Positions 59,227-64,000 of a stretch of 64,000 bases of DNA are shown one piece after another. Under the pieces are notes generated by a model. The model saw nothing but the letters and a program-made list of their open reading frames with translations, did not search any database and was not told where the DNA came from. The translations under genes and the position numbers were made by a program. The stretch spans positions 51,088,001-51,152,000 of the forward strand of contig OZ024743.1 in assembly GCA_964016885.1 (NCBI GenBank). The letters are read 5' to 3'. The DNA is from Eledone cirrhosa (lineage: Eukaryota). Each line of letters begins with the position of its first letter. Position 1 is the stretch's first letter.

Positions 59227-59610
59227 AATAAGCACCAGTCATGCACTGGGGTTAATATAATAAACTGTACCTTCCCTTAAATATGTGACCTTGTACCTCC
59301 TATTATTATTATTGTGATGACTATTAGCTGGTCAGAAGAGATGGGCGTGTGGAGAGAGCCTCCTAGACTGGTGATATTAAAGCAGTATATTGTGCAGCAT
59401 AGTTTGATTGATATGAGTTAAGGAGGGATTTCAGAGAGCAGCAGTTGTGGAAGAAATAATCGGACAAAGTGTTTAGTGAGCAAGACAGTCTAGATGACGA
59501 GAGAAGCAGGTAAACCAGGTAAATAGAGGCTAGTGGTTGGTAGCTGGCTAGTTAAGAGGAACAGAAGCTAAATTCACATATTTCATATTGTAAATACAAA
59601 AATCACTTAC

Positions 59611-59670
59611 TTCATCATCTTTTTTGTCAGATTTTTTTTCATTAGCATCTGTTTCCATAGCTTCTTCAGT
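59611..59670 (-). CDS. SMARCC2: SMARCC 60-bp exon (TEEAMETDANEKKSDKKDDE)
   Basis: ttttattag acceptor and GTAAGT donor, phase 0 to 0. Acidic linker composition as expected in this SMARCC region. Confidence 0.85.
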
Positions 59671-60358
59671 CTAATAAAAGATGACAAACAAATCTAGGAT
59701 AGAAGCTAGCTTTACAACATAAGTGGCTGAGGTTAGCTTTACAAAGTTATTTATTGAAAACTTAAATTGTAGAGTCTATGTGAAGCATTGTGAAATATCT
59801 GGTTAGGATTGTTTTAGGAAAGCTAGTACAAGTTAGAAATACAGGTGTGGAAACTAGAGTTCAGTAGAGTAAGAAAAACTAAAAACAAATATAACACTTT
59901 TACTTTAAATTTCGTATTTCAACATTAGGATTGTTGTTTTCTTCCAAAAGACAGGAAACGGTGTGTGGTGTTGGTGATGACAAGTGAAAATCATTCATGT
60001 AGATATTGGGTTAGAAAGATGGTGACATGCACAGACAGAGTTATAATAGCCACCAACCCACCTTTGGTTTAATATCTCAACATCACACTCCATTACTTAT
60101 CTTTTGAAAAGGGAGTCATAACCTCAAAATATCATGAAATATAAAATAAAGGTGTAAACAGATGTTTTAGTTTTCTTACCCATTGTTTTCACTCCTGTAT
60201 TTCTAACTTGGAATGTATCAGCTTTCATAAAACAATACTAACCTTTTAAATTCTAATTTGCACAATACTGTTTTGGGAGATGTATAAGTGGTTTGCTATG
60301 AAACAGTGGTAGTGAATATATAGACCTAGATATATGTCTTTGTATGTGTGTATGATGT

Positions 60359-60655
60359 GGAGGCACATGGTTTAGTGATTAGGTTGTTGGGATTATGATT
60401 ATAAGGTCATGAGTTCAATAACCAGATCAGACAATGCATTGTGTTCTTGTGCAAGACACTTTATTTCATGTTGCTCCAGTCCACTCAGCTGGCAAAAATG
60501 AGATATGAAGACATTGATGCTAAGCTGTATTATCCTTTGCTTTTCCTTTGGACAACATTGGTTGTGTGGAGAGGGGAGATTGGCAAGCATGCGTAACTGC
60601 TGGTCTTCCAGAAAAATACTTTGCCCATGTTTGTCCTGTGGGGAAGAACTTTCCA
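60359..60655 (+). mobile_element. tRNA-derived SINE of a second family
   Basis: A-box-like TGGTTTAGTGATTAG, B-box GAGTTCAATA and conserved central TGTGTTCTTGTGCAAGACACTT...GTCCACTCAGCTG. The tail resembles 15060-15180. Confidence 0.65.
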
Positions 60656-61623
60656 AGTTATGATCAATAGGGGCCTATACTATTATGTATGACAATAAAT
60701 GTAGAGGATAGTGTGTTATGTTATTTAAGACTAAGTGGGGCTATACTGACACAACCAACTTATTAGCTGCTGGTTTATAAAATATTACTATATTACTAAT
60801 ACAATATTATATTACTAATACAATATTATTATAATACTAATACAGCATTAATATATTAATAATACAGTATTACTAAATTACCAATATAGTATTAATATAT
60901 TACTAATGTTTTATATTATTACTATATTACCAATCATGACAATAATTTCTAACATAGATATAAGGCCACAACTATGGAGGCTACAGTTCATCGGTTAAAG
61001 TTTGTCCCAAGCCCCAAAGGCTTACGGGACCAGAGCCTATACCAGTTTAATTAGAATTAAGTGACTGAGAGTACAAGACTACTCACTAAGAGTACAAGGA
61101 CATTGCAGGGTTAACAACCTCCAGCTGCTGCAGATACTTATTTCAGCTGAGTGGGCTGGAACAATGTGAAATAAGGCTCAACACCCTAACCATTAGGCCA
61201 TGGATCTTCATGTCACATTGAACCAGTCCACTCAGTAAAGCACAGACAAGTTAAAGGAAGACTGGGTACAAGAGAGATCATACATAATTTTAGCAATTCA
61301 CTCCAAATTCTTCCTTAATTGAAATACCGTGTATTTTATTAGGAATACGATCACAAAACTATTAATCAACAGTCTCTCTTTTTCTCTAGAGGCTCATCAG
61401 CCCACAGCTTATCTCAGCTCCACTGCTAAATAGGTCATCGTAGTAACAGAATCTATCAACTACTTTCACTAATTAGGTCACCTAGGCAACAGAACTTAAC
61501 TACTATTATTAATTAGGCTATCTTGGCAACAGAAGCTACTAGATAACAGAAGTTATCAACTACTACTACTACTGTATTTCCTGAGACAACCACCCCCAAC
61601 AAACACACATATATATGTATTAC

Positions 61624-61718
61624 CGTTCCTCTTTCTTTCTTATGGTCCTCCTTTGCAGCTGCATCATCTGCTGATTGCTTCAGAGCTTCAGCTTGGGCCT
61701 CAGCTTCCGCAGCAGCAT
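61624..61718 (-). CDS. SMARCC2: SMARCC exon (DAAAEAEAQAEALKQSADDAAAKEDHKKERGT); upstream exons lie beyond the window
   Basis: tag acceptor at 61719 and GTAAT donor at 61623. Ends in phase 0, matching the next exon. Confidence 0.75.
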
Positions 61719-61799
61719 CTACACATAATATACAGTCATGAAAATAAAAAATAGCATTAACAAGCAGGAGATATAGAAAAATGACATGAGTTATGTTCT

Positions 61800-64000
61800 T
61801 TAACCCTTTAGCGTTCAAAGCGACAAAAACCGACAAAATTATGTCCCCTTTCATTTATTCAAACCGACAAAAACCGACATTTCAGACCACTCGTAGATAT
61901 CCTTCTAAAAATAAACATTGACATCATCAAAATCTCGTCAATTCGAGATTACAGCGAGATAAAGCCCTTACGCGCGAAAATTAACTCTTAGTATAGTTAA
62001 AGACCTTGTGATAACACGTGTTTTTAACTTTGAAATTGTAACATGGCTTCCGAAAGCAGCGACAACGATTTTGAAGGTTTCACATCCTACGACATTCAAG
62101 ATAACAAAGAAACAGAAGATAATATCAGTGATTTATCTTCAAATGAATCAGATATATTTATTTCAGATATATCTGATGATGATGATAGTCACTTTGAAAG
62201 TGAAAGCGAAGAGATATCTGACACCATTGAAAAAACACCAACGTGGTTGAAAAAAACAACACCGATACATGTTTCGGATTTTAATGAAAATTCTGGACCA
62301 CAACACACATTACCACCCGATGCTAAAGCTCTGGATTATTTTTTTTTATTTCTACCACAAACTTTCTTCGAAGTTGTGGCAGAGGAGACAAATCGCTATG
62401 CACAACAACAGATTTCTAATCGAGCAAATCCCGATCTTTTATGGCGTCCGACAGATTCTGCCGAAATGAAAGCGTTTTTTACCATAAACATTATGTTTGG
62501 TATTAAACAATTTCCACGACTGTGGAATTATTGGAGTACTGATATAAGGTTTGGTGACCCTTATATATCTAGTATTATGGCCAAAACGAGATTTATAAAA
62601 TTAAACCAGTATTTGCATCTGGTTGATACTACAAATGCCCCTGGTAGAAATGAATCGAATTACGACCCACTGTACAAAGTACGACCATTAATTGAAATGT
62701 TGACGGAAAAATTTAAAAGTATGTATTTACCTGGAAAAAATCTTAGTGTTGATGAAGCTATGATTGGATATAAGGGTAGGGTTCATTTCAGACAGTATAT
62801 GCCAGCTAAACCCACCAAATGGGGCATCAAAGTGTGGGAACTGTGTGAATCGGACACGGGATACTGTGTAAACTTTGATGTTTACACAGGAAAAAAACTT
62901 AACGGAGAGAGAAAGCACGGGTTGGGTTACGATGTTGTGTGGTCGCTGACTCAACCCTTCCACTTTCAACACAGACACATTTATTATGACCGTTTTTTTT
63001 CTTCGGTGCTTTTAGCAGAGGATCTTGCCCTTGTAAATACGTACACCTGCGGCACAATAATGAGCAATCGGAAAGGGCTACCCCAAGAAATAAAAGTTGC
63101 AAAACTAAAAAACAGAGGAGACATTCTCCAAATGCAAAAAGAGAACATGTTAGCCACAGTGTTCAAAGACAAACGGCAAATTTTGTTCCTGAGTTCTAAC
63201 CAACAACCAGGTGTTGGGGCTGAGGGTAGACCTTTAGTTAACCTCTCCTACAATAAATATATGGGTGGGGTTGACAAATCCGACCAATATTGCGCGTATT
63301 ACCCAGTTGGACGCCCTGGAAAGAAATGGTGGAGATACATCTTGTGGTTTTTAGTGAATTTAACCATTGTAAATTCTTATATTGTATTTACTAAAAGCCA
63401 CAAGGATCCGCCACCACCAAAGGACTACTGCCACATGAAATTTCGCGTGGACATTGCAACCCAGCTACGTGGGGGATATACTTCTCGCAAACACAAAGCT
63501 GGGAAAAAATCAAAATTAGCAGTGGTCCACAAAGAAAATATTGATTTTCATAAAGTGGAGAGAATTGATGGTAGGAGGAAGGTTTGCCGATTGTGCTCTT
63601 TGCAAAAGAGAAAAACTTAAAGGTTACGCAATCCAAACCCTATTTATGTGTTCCTTTTGCAAAGTGCCCTTATGTAAAGGGTGCTTTGGGCAGTATCACG
63701 ATCGAAATATTGTCTAACAATATTGAAAACACTATTTTAAAAATATATTAGCACACATATACAAAAACACCTGCATTCACCTGTGACACACCTGCATCAC
63801 ACCTGTTAATGAACTTATATATTGGGAACATTCTGTTACGTAATTTTACACCGTACATTGTGTAAGAGTACATTGCCAATATTATTTTGACTGGTGAAAA
63901 GGTTTTATACATTTTTTTCAATGAAAATATTTGCCTGGAATGTAGAGAAAGACTAAAACATTGTACTGATTACACCTGCATTTTTAATTAATTCACCTGT
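61800..64000 (+). mobile_element. piggyBac DNA transposon (left end present; right TIR beyond the window)
   Basis: TTAA (61800-61803) plus CCCTTTAGCGTT TIR, subterminal direct repeat CGACAAAAACCGACA (twice), then the transposase ORF. Confidence 0.92.
62043..63717 (+). pseudogene. piggyBac transposase (PGBD4-like): 525 open codons with intact DDD, then a frameshift at ~63618 inside the Cys-rich C-terminal domain
   Basis: Acidic N-terminus, YDPLYKVRP, SVDEAM, YMPAKPTKWGIK, YYDRFF and YNKYMGGVDKSDQ. The rest, KGYAIQTLFMCSFCKVPLCKGCFGQYHDRNIV*, lies in the +1 frame (63619-63717). Confidence 0.9.

Noticed and set aside
62043-63620. Domesticated PGBD gene or SMARCC-transposase fusion (CSB-PGBD3 style)
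   Set aside because: The transposase is antisense to SMARCC, retains its TIR and TTAA, and is frameshifted.

Overview
AT-rich, microsatellite-rich animal genomic DNA. The repeat families (tRNA-derived SINEs, RTE LINEs with (GAT)n tails, Penelope-like remnants) suggest a coleoid cephalopod such as an octopod; this is inference. The window has five main parts. (1) A + strand gene with a likely non-coding exon (2424-2527) and a >3.2 kb coding exon (from 4389). It encodes a disordered, corepressor-like protein with two CtBP-binding motifs and is cut off by a 200-N assembly gap (7654-7853). (2) A ~4.4 kb (AT)n tract, then a transposon graveyard (10-17.8 kb) with several minimal hammerhead-ribozyme motifs, some as inverted pairs. 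(3) The last seven coding exons of the SWI/SNF subunit SMARCC (BAF155/170, Moira) on the - strand (61718 to 19295), all with phase-consistent GT-AG junctions. (4) A 34.8 kb SMARCC intron (21911-56707) almost filled by a 35-bp double-hairpin satellite. The satellite carries five copies of one 5'-truncated RTE LINE insertion amplified as higher-order repeats. Other SMARCC introns have their own splice-site-adjacent minisatellites. (5) A nearly intact piggyBac transposon (61800 to beyond the window end), antisense in a SMARCC intron, with one frameshift in its C-terminal Cys-rich domain. Two ~225-bp MITEs elsewhere in the window share its terminal repeat.
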